A stretch of DNA of 63,900 bases, counting the filler, from Octopus bimaculoides (taxonomy: Eukaryota), in NCBI RefSeq assembly GCF_001194135.2. It is 5 parts of 5 records of this genome, joined end to end, with 100 filler letters (N's around TTAATTAATTAA, not from the genome) between each part and the next. Parts side by side here need not be neighbours in the genome. Positions count along the whole stretch, not along the records: positions 22,013 to 44,375 come from NC_068992.1; 4 more parts are not named here. The stretch is one strand, 5' to 3'. The first letter of the stretch is position 1. Each line of letters starts with the position of its first letter. Positions 25,277 through 37,752 of the stretch are shown here, one piece after another. Position numbers and translations under genes: made by a program. Below the pieces are notes generated by a model. It was not told where the DNA came from, did not search any database, and saw only the letters and a program-made list of their open reading frames with translations.

Positions 25277-26334
25277 CACTACTACTACTACTTTTGAGAG
25301 CGAATCACTGTGCAACCTCACCACAAACAAGCATATCGTAGTTGTAAGGGAAATGAAATTGTAAATAGGACTGCCATACTTGGAATGGATTTGGTTATAT
25401 GTGTGTTGGATGAAGGTTACCTTGTGGACAGGGACAACAACAACAACAACAACACAGATTTTGGGGCGAAAAAAAAAAGAACCGAAACGTTAATATGGTT
25501 GTCGATGAGTAAAAATTTATAGGAAAATTATTTAAATTAATGTCAGAGAGGAAGTAATAAATAACTAGGGGAAAGCAAGGAATATTTCACAGATTAATGA
25601 AAAGGCATTGAAACTTCGGTGAACAACAATAACAACAACAACAACCAACCTACCACCACCACCACCACCACCAACAACAAAAACAACAACAACAACAGCA
25701 ACAACAACACCAATAACTAATCTACACTCACCACCAACAACAACAAGTGTAACAAACATTAAGAACATCAACTTTTCGCCCCCGTCAAATTATAACAGAA
25801 AGGAACTTCTCCTCCAAATGGTTCTTTTAGCACTTTCGTTACCATGTTTCTGTCGAAATATATTGCTTAGTTTCAATTTTGAAAATAGCGAAGATTTTTT
25901 AGTTAAAAGAATTTTAGCATTATTAATTTGGTGTTTGCAACATAAATTACGATGGAAATTCGATGGCAGTTTCTAATTTAGATCACTTTAATCCTTTTCT
26001 TACCATATTTCTACAGCAGAACACTGATTTTGTTTCGGTTAATTTTGAATACAACGAAAAATTTCGTAAAATAACTGCCATTATTAAGATGGTGTGGAAT
26101 TTTGATAGGAATTATTCATTTAGATCACTTTAACACTTATGTTACCATATTTTTTTGAAATACACTAGCTATGTTTTAATTCATTTTGCATAAAATGAAG
26201 AATTTTATAAAATAACTACTATTATTAAGATGGTGTCTAAAACACAAATTAACACAAAATTTTAATTTTAATTTGGATCACTTGAAACCCTACTGATGAA
26301 AAAGATTATTAAAATATATATGTATATGTGTCTG

Positions 26335-26530
26335 TGTCTGTTTTTTCCCCACTATTGCTTGACAACCGATGTTGGTGTGTTTCGTCGCCTTAACCTAGCG
26401 GTTCGGCAAAAGAAACCGATAAAATAAGTGCTAGGCTTACAAAGAATAAGTCCTGGGGTCGAATTGCTCAACTGAAGGTAGTGCTCCAGCATGGCCATAG
26501 TCAAATGACTGAAACAAGTAAAAGAATAAA
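26335..26530 (+). mobile_element. SINE family A tail
   Basis: GCTTGACAACCGATGTTGGTGTG...TCCTGGGGTCGA...GACTGAAACAAGTAAAAGAATA. Confidence 0.8.
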
Positions 26531-26887
26531 ATAATAACTTTGGCACTATTGAACTGGTGTTTTGAGCATAAATTAACATAAAATTATCATAATATTTTAT
26601 GGAAGGTTTCAATTTAGATCACCTTAACCCTTTTGCTACCATATTTCTGTTGAAATACATTGCTTTTGCTTCAATTGATTTTTTAACATAATTGCTGTTG
26701 TTGAGCTGAAGTTGGAAACATATTTTGACATGGAATTTTCATGGAAACTTTGAATTTAAATTCCTTTAACTTATTTGTTACCGTATTTCTACCAATATCG
26801 AATTTCCTAGCATTTCGTAACCATTTTCTTACCAGATTTCTACTGATGAAGAATTCTGTAAAGTAATTTTGTCATCAAGCTGGTACT

Positions 26888-27099
26888 CAAGGCGGTGAGC
26901 TGCTGGCAGAATCGTTAGCATGCCGGGCGAAATGCATAGCGGTATTTTGTCTATCTTTACGTTCTAAGTTCAAATTCCGGCGAGGTCGACTTTGCTTTTG
27001 GAGTCGATAAATTAAGCACTAGTTGCGTACTGGGGTCGATCTAATCGAATGGATCCCTCCCACAAAATTTCGGGCCTTGTGCATAGAGCAGAAAAGATT
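26888..27099 (+). mobile_element. Full-length SINE family B with 14-bp target-site duplication
   Basis: Flanked by ATCAAGCTGGTACT (26874-26887) and ATCAAGCTGATACT (27100-27113). Confidence 0.88.
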
Positions 27100-27367
27100 A
27101 TCAAGCTGATACTTGGGACATAAAGTTTGATTGAAGATTTTAGTTTTGGTCACTTTAAGCCTTTTGTTACCATATTTATCCTGAAATATAATAATTTTGA
27201 AAATGATAAACACTTTAGTGAAACAAATTTGTTATTACTTAGTTTGTGTTTGGAATGTGAAATTTTGATGGAAGATGTTCATAGACATCACTTAAAAACA
27301 GGAAGCATATGGGTGCGCACACACACTCACATATACATATCTATGTGAATATATAAGAATATATGAA

Positions 27368-27583
27368 GGCGCGTGGCCTAGTGTTGCTCTCGCGATCACT
27401 AGATTGTGGATTTGGTTCCCTGATTGGGCGGCGCGTTCTGTTCTTGAGCAAAACACTACATTTCCCGTTGCTCCAATCCCCAGCCGAGTGGCGTCATTTG
27501 AAGGCTAAAACAATGCAAAACATATTGTGATCGGCGATGTGTAACAACATTTGATAGCCTGGTCGGTTACGTGATCACGTGAT
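27368..27583 (+). mobile_element. SINE family C-like
   Basis: GGCGCGTGGCCTAGTG...TTCTTGAGCAAAACAC..CATTTC..GTTGCTCCA. Confidence 0.65.
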
Positions 27584-28611
27584 GTGAATGCACACACACA
27601 CACACACATATATGTGAATATATGCATATATGTATGTATGAATGACACACAGACACATATTGTAACTCTGACGTGAAACAGATAGAGAAATTGAGTGTTA
27701 GACTGTGAGAGAGCGAGAGAGAATTTGAGAAAGAAAGAAAGAGAGAGAGTGACTGTGAGGAGAGAAAGATTGTGTGTGTGTGTGAGTGTGTATGTATGTA
27801 TGTGTGCATATGTAACTGTGTGTCTGTCTGTGTCTGTGTGTGTATGCGAGAGAGTTTAAAAGGAAAAGAGAGACCGAGTTGCTATTTAAAGAATGAACAA
27901 AGGTAGTTGGGAGAAGACAGCTACATAATATCGAACTATTGAACTGTTCATTAAATGATTGGTCCAATCAACAACAACAGCAGCAACAACAACACAAGAA
28001 ACAAGTTTTTTTTTTTGTTAAACAAAGAATAATCTAACGAGTTTTAATAAATTGAAATTTTGAGTGTTGAGCGTGGGTGGGGAGGTGGATGGTACGTTAA
28101 ATGGGTGGAGATTGTCTGTCAGAAATTGGTGTTATTTATTATGTATCATCATCACTACCATCGTCATTGTCATCGGCAATGACGTCATCATAATCGTCAT
28201 CACCATCGTCAGAGATATCGATATGCGATTGCTGTAATGATTCTTCTGTCAAAAGAAATAAACGCGCGGTAATGTGTGTGTGTATGTATGTATGTATGTA
28301 GATGTACATGTATGTATGTGTGTATAAATGTATATATATATTATGTATGTGTATATATATAAATATTTAATATCTCTATATAACAAATACTAATACGTTT
28401 GTGCATATGCTATATTTTACTATGATATATGTTATATATATATGCATATATTAAACACACACACACGCACATATATATTTATAAAATAAAATGAATTTAA
28501 AAAAATTTTCTTAGTATAAATCAATGAAAATAAAATTATCACCTTCTCCAAAGATATATATGTATATACACATATATATAGACATGTATATAAAATAAAA
28601 ACTATTTTAGT

Positions 28612-28822
28612 CATGTACGTGTGTATGTATGTATGTATGTATGTATGTATGTATGTATGTATGTGTGTATGTATGTATGTATGTGTGTATGTATGTATGT
28701 ATGTGTGTATGTATGTATGTATGTATGTATGTATGCCTGTGTGTATGTATGTATGTATGTATGTGTACCTGTGTGTATGTATGTATGTATGTATGTATGT
28801 ATGTATGTATGTATGTATGTGT
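28612..28822. repeat. (TGTA)n microsatellite
   Basis: Directly visible. Confidence 0.97.
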
Positions 28823-30064
28823 ATTGCATATCTGGTGATGAAACGGCCCCACACTAGAAAATAAATTAGTTAGCATCGTTATAGTCATCTGTAATTAACT
28901 ATATTTGTTATTAATTTCTAACTTCCAACGCTTTCTGAAAATTAACGACCATTCAGCGTCTGTTCAACTGAACATTAAGAGAAGACTCCGCCAAAAAATG
29001 AAAAGGCCAAAACCAAAAAGAAAAAAAGAAAAAAAACCAAGGAAAATTATAAAACTTATTTTGCAATTTTTGGAAGATATTAAAGCTGTAGAAAAAACTA
29101 TGAAAGTTTCGTGAGTAGTTTATATTGAAGTTGTATAATTTTATACGATTCTACGCCTACATGTTTCAGTGGTAGAAATGCTACCATCGCAGAGCACCAC
29201 ATTCAAATATATATANNNNNNNNNNNNNNNNNNNNNNNNNNNNNNNNNNNNNNNNNNNNNNNNNNNNNNNNNNNNNNNNNNNNNNNNNNNNNNNNNNNNN
29301 NNNNNNNNNNNNNNNNNNNNNNNNNNNNNNNNNNNNNNNNNNNNNNNNNNNNNNNNNNNNNNNNNNNNNNNNNNNNNNNNNNNNNNNNNNNNNNNNNNNN
29401 NNNNNNNNNNNNNNNNNNNNNNNNNNNNNNNNNNNNNNNNNNNNNNNNNNNNNNNNNNNNNNNNNNNNNNNNNNNNNNNNNNNNNNNNNNNNNNNNNNNN
29501 NNNNNNNNNNNNNNNNNNNNNNNNNNNNNNNNNNNNNNNNNNNNNNNNNNNNNNNNNNNNNNNNNNNNNNNNNNNNNNNNNNNNNNNNNNNNNNNNNNNN
29601 NNNNNNNNNNNNNNNNNNNNNNNNNNNNNNNNNNNNNNNNNNNNNNNNNNNNNNNNNNNNNNNNNNNNNNNNNNNNNNNNNNNNNNNNNNNNNNNNNNNN
29701 NNNNNNNNNNNNNNNNNNNNNNNNNNNNNNNNNNNNNNNNNNNNNNNNNNNNNNNNNNNNNNNNNNNNNNNNNNNNNNNNNNNNNNNNNNNNNNNNNNNN
29801 NNNNNNNNNNNNNNNNNNNNNNNNNNNNNNNNNNNNNNNNNNNNNNNNNNNNNNNNNNNNNNNNNNNNNNNNNNNNNNNNNNNNNNNNNNNNNNNNNNNN
29901 NNNNNNNNNNNNNNNNNNNNNNNNNNNNNNNNNNNNNNNNNNNNNNNNNNNNNNNNNNNNNNNNNNNNNNNNNNNNNNNNNNNNNNNNNNNNNNNNNNNN
30001 NNNNNNNNNNNNNNNNNNNNNNNNNNNNNNNNNNNNNNNNNNNNNNNNNNNNNNNNNNNNATAT

Positions 30065-30290
30065 ATATGTGTGTGTGTGTGTGTGTGTTTGTCTCCCATA
30101 CCGCTTGACAACTGATGTTGGTGTGTTTACGTCACAGTAACTTAGTGGGTCAGCAAACGAGTCTGATAAAATAAGTAATAAGCTTAAAGAATTAGGCCTG
30201 GAGTCGATTTGTTCGATTAAAACCCCTCATTGTGGTGCTGCAGCATGGTCACAGTTAAATGATTGAAAGAAATAAAAGAATAAAAGAATA
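30065..30290 (+). mobile_element. SINE family A tail (head presumably in preceding gap)
   Basis: (TG)n, GCTTGACAAC..., GGAGTCGATTTGTTCGA..., GATTGAAAGAAATAAAAGAATAAAAGAA. Confidence 0.75.
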
Positions 30291-30329
30291 TATATATATA
30301 TTCTATGATACTTAGGTTCTTAGAAAGAT

Positions 30330-30615
30330 TTCGGGGCCAGAATTGGCCCAGGCCATGCCTAATTTAATAGCACCACTTGGAAAAGGCATTCAATGATGCT
30401 TCAAATGGCAGTTATTTTTGGGGGACGATAACTTATTCGAGTATGCAGTTATTGCCTGCAGATGTAGGTGGTTTGTCTTGAATTTCTTGCTGATATTCAT
30501 TCTGGAACCGTTTGAATGTTAAGAGATCTTTTCCTTCTCTTATGTGCCTTGGCATGATGTTAAAGAGATCAGGGCCAGTTGAGCTGAAATAGTTGCCTTA
30601 ATATCGCGATGTGAC
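30330..30615 (-). mobile_element. CR1/L2-group LINE 3' end fragment
   Basis: Minus frame GNYFSSTGPDLFNIMPRHIREGKDLLTFKRFQNEYQQEIQDKPPTSAGNNCILE parallels the GP.LFNI.P...FK..LD...PD end of the 2798-3899 element. Confidence 0.6.
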
Positions 30616-30621
30616 AAAGGC

Positions 30622-30720
30622 AGTGAGTTGGCAGATACATTAGCACCCCGGGCGACATGCTTAACGGTATTTGGTATGTCTTTACGTTCTGAGTTCAAAT
30701 TCCGCCGGGGTCGACTTTGC
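30622..30720 (+). mobile_element. SINE family B, 3'-truncated
   Basis: GGCAGTGAGTTGGCAGA...GAGTTCAAATTCCGCCGGGGTCGACTTTGC. Confidence 0.75.
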
Positions 30721-31717
30721 TCAACCTTCTTAGTTCTTTTAAAAGGCTTAGAAAAACTGAAGGACTGCTGCAGTAAGTGTGTGAATCTGAGAGGGGAATA
30801 TGTTCAATAAAATCGTAATTAACTGATCCTGCTATTTCTTTTTCCTTTACCCAAAGACATAAACTTTACAGCACCCCATCATGTATGCATATGTGTATGT
30901 ATGTATGTATATGTGTGTGTGTGTGTGCACGCGCGCCTATCTGTGTAGACACACGTGCGTTCACACTCCCACTCACATAAGCTATGTAAAAATAGTTGAA
31001 GTGTCTTACACCTAAATTCACAACCTGCAGCCATTGTTTTGATATGAATCTCTATAAATTCTAGATAATATTCGATAATTAGATCAATATTTTAATTATT
31101 TAGTTCAGGTATTTGTGTCATTGTGTCTGATTGATGTAATCGATTTAACTCGAGCGTGATTAATTATAGATATTAGTTAATATTTCGCGCCAAATTACTT
31201 ATGACCACAACGACGATAGCGATGCTTATGATGATGATGATGATGATGAAAATGTTGATGATGATGCTTATAATGGTGTTGATGACGACGACGATCCTAT
31301 TCAGATGGTTGCTAAATTAGTTGGTCGTAATGAACACGTATTGGGAGGGTTTTTAATTGTCAATAATTGCATTGATTAGTTTCTTTAATTATAGGTAAAC
31401 CAAAGAACCATTATTAGTATTCTAATCATCATCATTGTCGTCGTTAATATTGCTGTTATTTTTGTTGTTGTTGTTGTTGTTGTTATTCGATAATTTCAGG
31501 CAAATTTCTATTGCATCACCTGACACACCTCCGTGCTCCTCAGCCGTGTGCAGCACTGTGTCCTTGATTTTGTTGGTGGAGAAGGGACTCTTCCCATTAC
31601 CCTATTACATGAGTCTGTTTTATTTGGCCTGAATACTTTGTTGCGTCAGTGTTTGTATTAAATGTTGTGTGGGTGTAATATGAAGTGCGTTATTTCATTG
31701 AGTATCCATCCTGTCGA

Positions 31718-31784
31718 GCAGTGGGAATGAACCCGGAACCATGTGACTGGTAAGCAAGCTACGTACCACACAGCCACTCCTGCA
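31718..31784 (-). mobile_element. SINE family A head fragment, head-to-head with the next copy
   Basis: Reverse complement TGCAGGAGTGGCTGTGTGGTACGTAGCTTGCTTACCAGTCACATGGTTCCGGGTTCATTCCCACTGC. Confidence 0.8.
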
Positions 31785-31805
31785 AATTATAAAAATAATA
31801 AAAAA

Positions 31806-32400
31806 GGCGCAGGAGTGGCTGTGTGGTTAGTAGCTTGCTTACCAACCACATGGTCCCGGAATCTGTTTCACTGCGTAGCACCTTGGGCAAATGTCTTCTA
31901 CTATAGCCTCGGGCCGATCAAAGCCTTGTGAGTCGATTTGGTAGACGGAAACTGAAAGAAGCTCATCGTATATATATATGTATATATATATATATATATA
32001 TATNNNNNNNNNNNNNNNNNNNNNNNNNNNNNNNNNNNNNNNNNNNNNNNNNNNNNNNNNNNNNNNNNNNNNNNNNNNNNNNNNNNNNNNNNNNNNNNNN
32101 NNNNNNNNNNNNNNNNNNNNNNNNNNNNNNNNNNNNNNNNNNNNNNNNNNNNNNNNNNNNNNNNNNNTGTGTGTGTGTGTGTGTGTATGCTTGTGTGTCT
32201 GTATTTGTCCCCCCAACCTCGCTTGACAACCGATGCTGGTGTGTTTACGTCCCCGTAACTTAGCGGTTCGGCCAAAGCCACCGATAGAATAAGTACTAGG
32301 CTTACAAAGAATAAGTCCTGGGGTCGATTTTCTCGACTAAAGGCGGTGCTCCAGTATGGCCGCAGTCAAATGACTGAAACAATTAAGAGAAAAAAAAAAG
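31806..32400 (+). mobile_element. Complete, young SINE family A (internal microsatellite spans a gap)
   Basis: Head 31806-31970, (TA)n-N-(TG)n, tail 32190-32400 close to consensus. Confidence 0.9.
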
Positions 32401-32704
32401 AAAGAAAGCACAGTACTGTGTCTACTTCGCCACCACCCTCATCATACTACAGCCGCCATCGCCGCAACCAGCCCCACCAGCGCTACCACTATCACTACTT
32501 CTGCCGCCGCCATCACCGCCACCACATATACCAGCGCCATCACACCACTGTCACCACCACCAAAACCCCTTATATAGGTTTCAAAAAATTCCTTTACTAA
32601 ATCACTAAATGCAGACCTTTATTAATCTGTTCACATTGAGTAATAACTGAACGTCATCATCATCACTGTCACCACCATCATCACTACAATCATCATCGTC
32701 GTCG

Positions 32705-32743
<39 letters not shown>

Positions 32744-33020
32744 CTATCAACACAATCATCATCATCAGTGCCATCACTATCATCACCGCCAACTTGAAAG
32801 AAATTCGGCTGCTATTTCTACCAGGTCGAGCGACCATGAAAACACGCCAACACCGCCATCATCACCATCACCGCATCATCACCACTAGCGCCAGCAGCGC
32901 TAACACGATTAACTACGGTCGGTGGTGGTAGCACGATAGAACTGACGAGCGAAGAACAAAAATTTTCATTGAAGTGAACGAATCAAATTTAATGAACAAC
33001 AACAACGATAAAGATAATGA

Positions 33021-33055
33021 TGGGGATGATGATGATGATAATGATGATGATGATA

Positions 33056-33102
<47 letters not shown>

Positions 33103-33157
33103 AATGATGATGATGATGATGATGATAATGATGATGATGATGATGATGATGATGATA

Positions 33158-33189
<32 letters not shown>

Positions 33190-33226
33190 AATGATGATGA
33201 TAATGATGATGATAATGATGATGATA

Positions 33227-33273
<47 letters not shown>

Positions 33274-33275
33274 AA
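33021..33275. repeat. (GAT)n microsatellite with AAT interruptions
   Basis: Directly visible; source of the poly-D/M/I/H ORFs. Confidence 0.97.
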
Positions 33276-34139
33276 TTTCTTTTAAACAACAATAATAATG
33301 ATAAAAGTGGATACGAAGATTTGAAAGCTTGACGGTTTCCAAAAAAGCTTCATTTAATCTGACATTATGAAACTAATTATCTGGTGATGAAACAACAGCT
33401 ATAATGTCGTCATCATCATCATCATCATCAACAGCTATAACAACAGCAACAGTACCAATAACGAGATATTACATTTTTTTTTTTGTTTGTAAAAACCCCA
33501 ACCTGCTCCAAGAATATTTCTCTCTCCATTTGAAATTTGATTTACGAGTTTGAAAATCTGTTTCAGCCAGTAACTTATATATACTTTTTTTTTTATTCTG
33601 TGTATTTTATTTTCTGCGCAGGCATGATGCCACCCCGTGTGCCGCCACGTTATAATTCGATTCCATGTAAATCCATCCAACCATTTGTAACAAACACTCC
33701 TATGATTACTGAACGACGAAATGTCACACTAAAAATTGAACTATTTGCAAATACATGTGCATACACGAAACTAATACAGTTCTGAAGTGATTTATATGAA
33801 GGAATTTTGGTAGGAGAAAGATAGGATGAAGAAAAACAAAAAGAAAAGTAAAAGATAAAGAAAGCCTAAAAATTAGATGTTTTCCCGCCCACCAAAACTA
33901 TTTATTACTAACTAGACCAAAAATGGACTCTTCCATCTTTCCTACCTAACCCCATTCTTACCTGTCTCAGAGATAATGACATCAGGTCAAATATCGTTAA
34001 ATTAATGAAATTTTTGAAAAATTAAAATATTATTGCTGTTACTGCTGTTGCTATAGTTGCTTTGCTGTTGTTGTTGTTGTTGTTGTTGTTGTTGCTGCTG
34101 CTGTTGTTTGTGTTGCTGTTGATGTTGTTCTATAAACTT

Positions 34140-35061
34140 TAGGTAAACTTGCCTTCAGTCCTTTCAATCGCGTCCATCACATTACCTCCTTCGTCTTAGC
34201 CACCAGACAGAGGAAAACTGCCTTTCCTTCTCGGCCAAAAGTAGGCGATGGGGCGTTCTTCACGATGGACTTAGCTGATAAGCGGATCCGTCCTACACGC
34301 GTCAACAACTGCTCAGCAAATCTCTACAAGTCAGTAATGCCCAGACACTGGACGAATGCATGCAGGACGGTTTCGTCGCCCTGCGCACATCTGGGACAGG
34401 TCCATCTGATAGCACTTCCATGTTTGTAAAGCTTGTCTCGAACCGGTAGATCTTCCAGGTAGCACTGCAAGGCCAGGGATTTCTGGAAGTTATACATAGG
34501 CTCCGGAAAAGTCCAGTTAATTGATCCCTCCCGGAGGACACCGTCGTTCTTGCTCGCCACTAATCCCATATAAAGCTTCATAATGGAACTTCCACCGACC
34601 GCATTGCCTGACTGACAGAAAGCTGTGAGTGCTTGCCGACACTCCAAGAGCCAAGCGCTCTTTCTTTGTCTACGCTTGATCCAGGACTGTAGCTCCATCA
34701 ATGAGACGAGCTGCGGAAAATCCTGACTGACAAATGGCCACCACATCCGCTCATCGTTAAGGAAACGCTGGAGATGTCGCAGCCTCAGCGTGTGTCTGCG
34801 CATCATTAGCCACGGCATGTCCAGTCCTTCACCCAGAGGCTGTAGAACACGTCCTTCCCACAGAAACTGGAAGAGCAAGCGCGCTCCAGCTTGATCAGCC
34901 ACGAACGAGGGGCGACAGTCAGGCGGTAGTAGATGACGGAGGCGATGTACGCATTTGCCACCTCCAGCCCCTCAAGGACAGCTTCCGCTCTGCCCATTTC
35001 TGTGTATCCTCCTGTGTGTCATCTCCTCCACCAGTTCTTGACCAGCTGGAGGTCCGGACCA

Positions 35062-35062
<1 letters not shown>
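34140..35062 (-). mobile_element. Decayed L1/Tx1-clade LINE, ORF2 C-terminal region
   Basis: GPDLQLVKNW, VANAYIASVIYYRL, LFQFLW, GLDMP, and a CxxC-x8-H-x4-C knuckle (TCPRCAQGDETVLHAFVQC) across frameshifts. Confidence 0.85.

Positions 35063-35139
<77 letters not shown>
35063..35139. repeat. (AAT)n microsatellite
   Basis: Directly visible. Confidence 0.97.
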
Positions 35140-35140
<1 letters not shown>

Positions 35141-35310
35141 CTTGATATGAGATCACCATGTCACGCACAGATGGTTGTGATGCATGTGCCTGGTGTACCC
35201 TTATCAGACGGGTAGTCATGATAGGTACACTGGGCTTCGTATATTTTACCCCAGTGTCACTTTGATGGCATGCACTGCTCTCTCACTCAATAATAATAAT
35301 AATAATAATC
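35140..35310 (+). mobile_element. 5'-truncated copy of the retroposon 3' end also seen at 16530-16930
   Basis: High identity to about 16777-16925; (AAT)n on both sides. Confidence 0.6.
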
Positions 35311-35324
35311 CTTTCTACTATAGG

Positions 35325-35520
35325 CGTAAGGCCTGAAAATTTTGGAGGAGGGAGCGAGTCGATTACATCGACTTGATTGTTACCTATTTTATCGACTCTA
35401 AAAGGATGAAAGGTAAAGTCGACATCGGCGGAGTTTGATCTCAAAATTTATTACCAGAAGAAATTCAACTATGCATTTTGTTCGGCGCGCTAACGATTCT
35501 CCCATTTCGCCGCCTTAAAG
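35325..35520 (-). mobile_element. SINE family B
   Basis: TTTCTACTATAGG..AAGGCCTGAAAATTTTGG...GTCGACATCGGCGGAGTTTGA...TAACGATTC...TCGCCGCC. Confidence 0.75.
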
Positions 35521-35544
35521 AAAGAACTTCTACCTGTTCACTCT

Positions 35545-35715
35545 ACCTACGAGAAATATTAGCCTAATCTCCCTTAGATTCCGCCCTACTGTCTTTGAAG
35601 AGGGTACGTTGCATAATGTGGTTCTGGTTTACTTGCTCTTAAGAAAAAACGAGATGGCCATAGATGGAATGCATTTGATCATAGGCCTGTTCCATCAGAA
35701 GTGATCTGAAGTTCA
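35545..35715 (+). repeat. Repeat family D
   Basis: GAGAAATATTAGCCTAATCTCCC...CCCTACTGTC...TTTGATCATAGG...AACAAG. Confidence 0.6.
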
Positions 35716-35804
35716 ACAAGAATATTAATGGAAAACAAGTAAAAATAAGAAAAGAAAAACATTCAAGAATTGCTTGATGTTGGCACCTGTTCTGTCTACT
35801 GAAG

Positions 35805-35938
35805 AGGTTTTATTTCAGTACGGGTGTTATGAGGCGAGAGAAAAATTTTGAGTGATTTCACTGAAGCAGACGATAAAGGACGACATTGTGTACGAGCTAA
35901 AATAGACACATCTTTCTTGCCGACACCCCACTTCCATT

Positions 35939-36015
<77 letters not shown>

Positions 36016-36421
36016 TTCTCTCAATCTCACCTCTACTCAAAACGTATTATTTCAGGTCTGAAGTTATTTGGAGTGATTTTATCCAATCAGAGGTTTATTT
36101 CTATTCTGTTATTGTGCGAAGTAATTTAGAGAACGAGTTCACTGAAACAAACATTTGAAGACATTACATATAAGCTCATAGAGAGAAATCTGTCTCTGTC
36201 GCTCTCATTCAGCAAGTTTTTGTTTTAGGTATTTTATTAAGAGAGAAATCATTTAAATTTGTTTCATTGACACAGACTATAGACGAGAACAGTGATGAAC
36301 GACTCTACTTTTCACACATTCTTTCACTCAAAATTCTGTATTACAGATCTGTTATTGTGATGCGAGGTGTAATTTTACTGGAAACAGACGATAGAGAACA
36401 TCATTGTATAAAGATTGAAAT

Positions 36422-36454
<33 letters not shown>

Positions 36455-36687
36455 CGCACACACACCTATCTTTCTCTCTCTGTCTCCCATTCTCTCTCAA
36501 GATTCTTTACTTCAGGTCTGTTATGATACGAAAGGTAATTTAAAGTGATTTAGCTGAAGCAGACGATAGAAGGTGACATCATGTGTGAGATAAAATGAAT
36601 ACATCTCTCTCCTCTCTCTCTGTCTCTCTCTCTCTCTGTCTCTCTCTCTCTCTGTCTCTCTCTCTCTCTGTCTCTCTCTCTCTCTGT

Positions 36688-36749
<62 letters not shown>

Positions 36750-36800
36750 ATAATTATCTCTATTTCTCTCTACCTACCTCTCTATCGATTTAACTATATA
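35805..36800 (+). repeat. Degenerate tandem units (~100-bp core plus CT/CA microsatellite)
   Basis: Core TTCAG..TGTTAT...GTGATT..CTGAAGCAGACGATA recurs at about 35815, 36095, 36345 and 36510. Confidence 0.6.
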
Positions 36801-37721
36801 TCTCTCTCAATCACTANNNNNNNNNNNNNNNNNNNNNNNNNNNNNNNNNNNNNNNNNNNNNNNNNNNNNNNNNNNNNNNNNNNNNNNNNNNNNNNNNNNN
36901 NNNNNNNNNNNNNNNNNNNNNNNNNNNNNNNNNNNNNNNNNNNNNNNNNNNNNNNNNNNNNNNNNNNNNNNNNNNNNNNNNNNNNNNNNNNNNNNNNNNN
37001 NNNNNNNNNNNNNNNNNNNNNNNNNNNNNNNNNNNNNNNNNNNNNNNNNNNNNNNNNNNNNNNNNNNNNNNNNNNNNNNNNNNNNNNNNNNNNNNNNNNN
37101 NNNNNNNNNNNNNNNNNNNNNNNNNNNNNNNNNNNNNNNNNNNNNNNNNNNNNNNNNNNNNNNNNNNNNNNNNNNNNNNNNNNNNNNNNNNNNNNNNNNN
37201 NNNNNNNNNNNNNNNNNNNNNNNNNNNNNNNNNNNNNNNNNNNNNNNNNNNNNNNNNNNNNNNNNNNNNNNNNNNNNNNNNNNNNNNNNNNNNNNNNNNN
37301 NNNNNNNNNNNNNNNNNNNNNNNNNNNNNNNNNNNNNNNNNNNNNNNNNNNNNNNNNNNNNNNNNNNNNNNNNNNNNNNNNNNNNNNNNNNNNNNNNNNN
37401 NNNNNNNNNNNNNNNNNNNNNNNNNNNNNNNNNNNNNNNNNNNNNNNNNNNNNNNNNNNNNNNNNNNNNNNNNNNNNNNNNNNNNNNNNNNNNNNNNNNN
37501 NNNNNNNNNNNNNNNNNNNNNNNNNNNNNNNNNNNNNNNNNNNNNNNNNNNNNNNNNNNNNNNNNNNNNNNNNNNNNNNNNNNNNNNNNNNNNNNNNNNN
37601 NNNNNNNNNNNNNNNNNNNNNNNNNNNNNNNNNNNNNNNNNNNNNNNNNNNNNNNNNNNNNNNNNNNNNNNNNNNNNNNNNNNNNNNNNNNNNNNNNNNN
37701 NNNNNNNNNNNNNNNNNNNNN

Positions 37722-37752
<31 letters not shown>

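Larger units (their letters stand above)
25825..27305 (+). repeat. Degenerate tandem array of a ~140-160-bp unit interrupted by two SINEs
   Basis: Unit TTACCATATTTCT...GAAATAC...GAAGAATTT...ATTAAG(C/A)TGGTG...AATTTAGATCACTT recurs at about 25839, 26000, 26141, 26636, 26778, 26829 and 27166. Confidence 0.8.

Noticed and set aside
28905-29114. Lys-rich 69-aa ORF resembling an NLS-containing protein
   Set aside because: Driven by an A-rich tract; no convincing splice sites or homology.
30722-30790. Possible INF2 exon (DSHTYCSSPSVFLSLLKELR) on the minus strand
   Set aside because: Weak donor (gttgag) and only superficial similarity to the INF2 SP...LLS.LQ.L segment.
33961-34020. Minus-strand donor (CAG|gtaaga) with KNFINLTIFDLMSLSLRQ resembling INF2 RNEFIGLQLLDVL
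   Set aside because: No in-frame acceptor upstream; an in-frame stop lies before the nearest AG.
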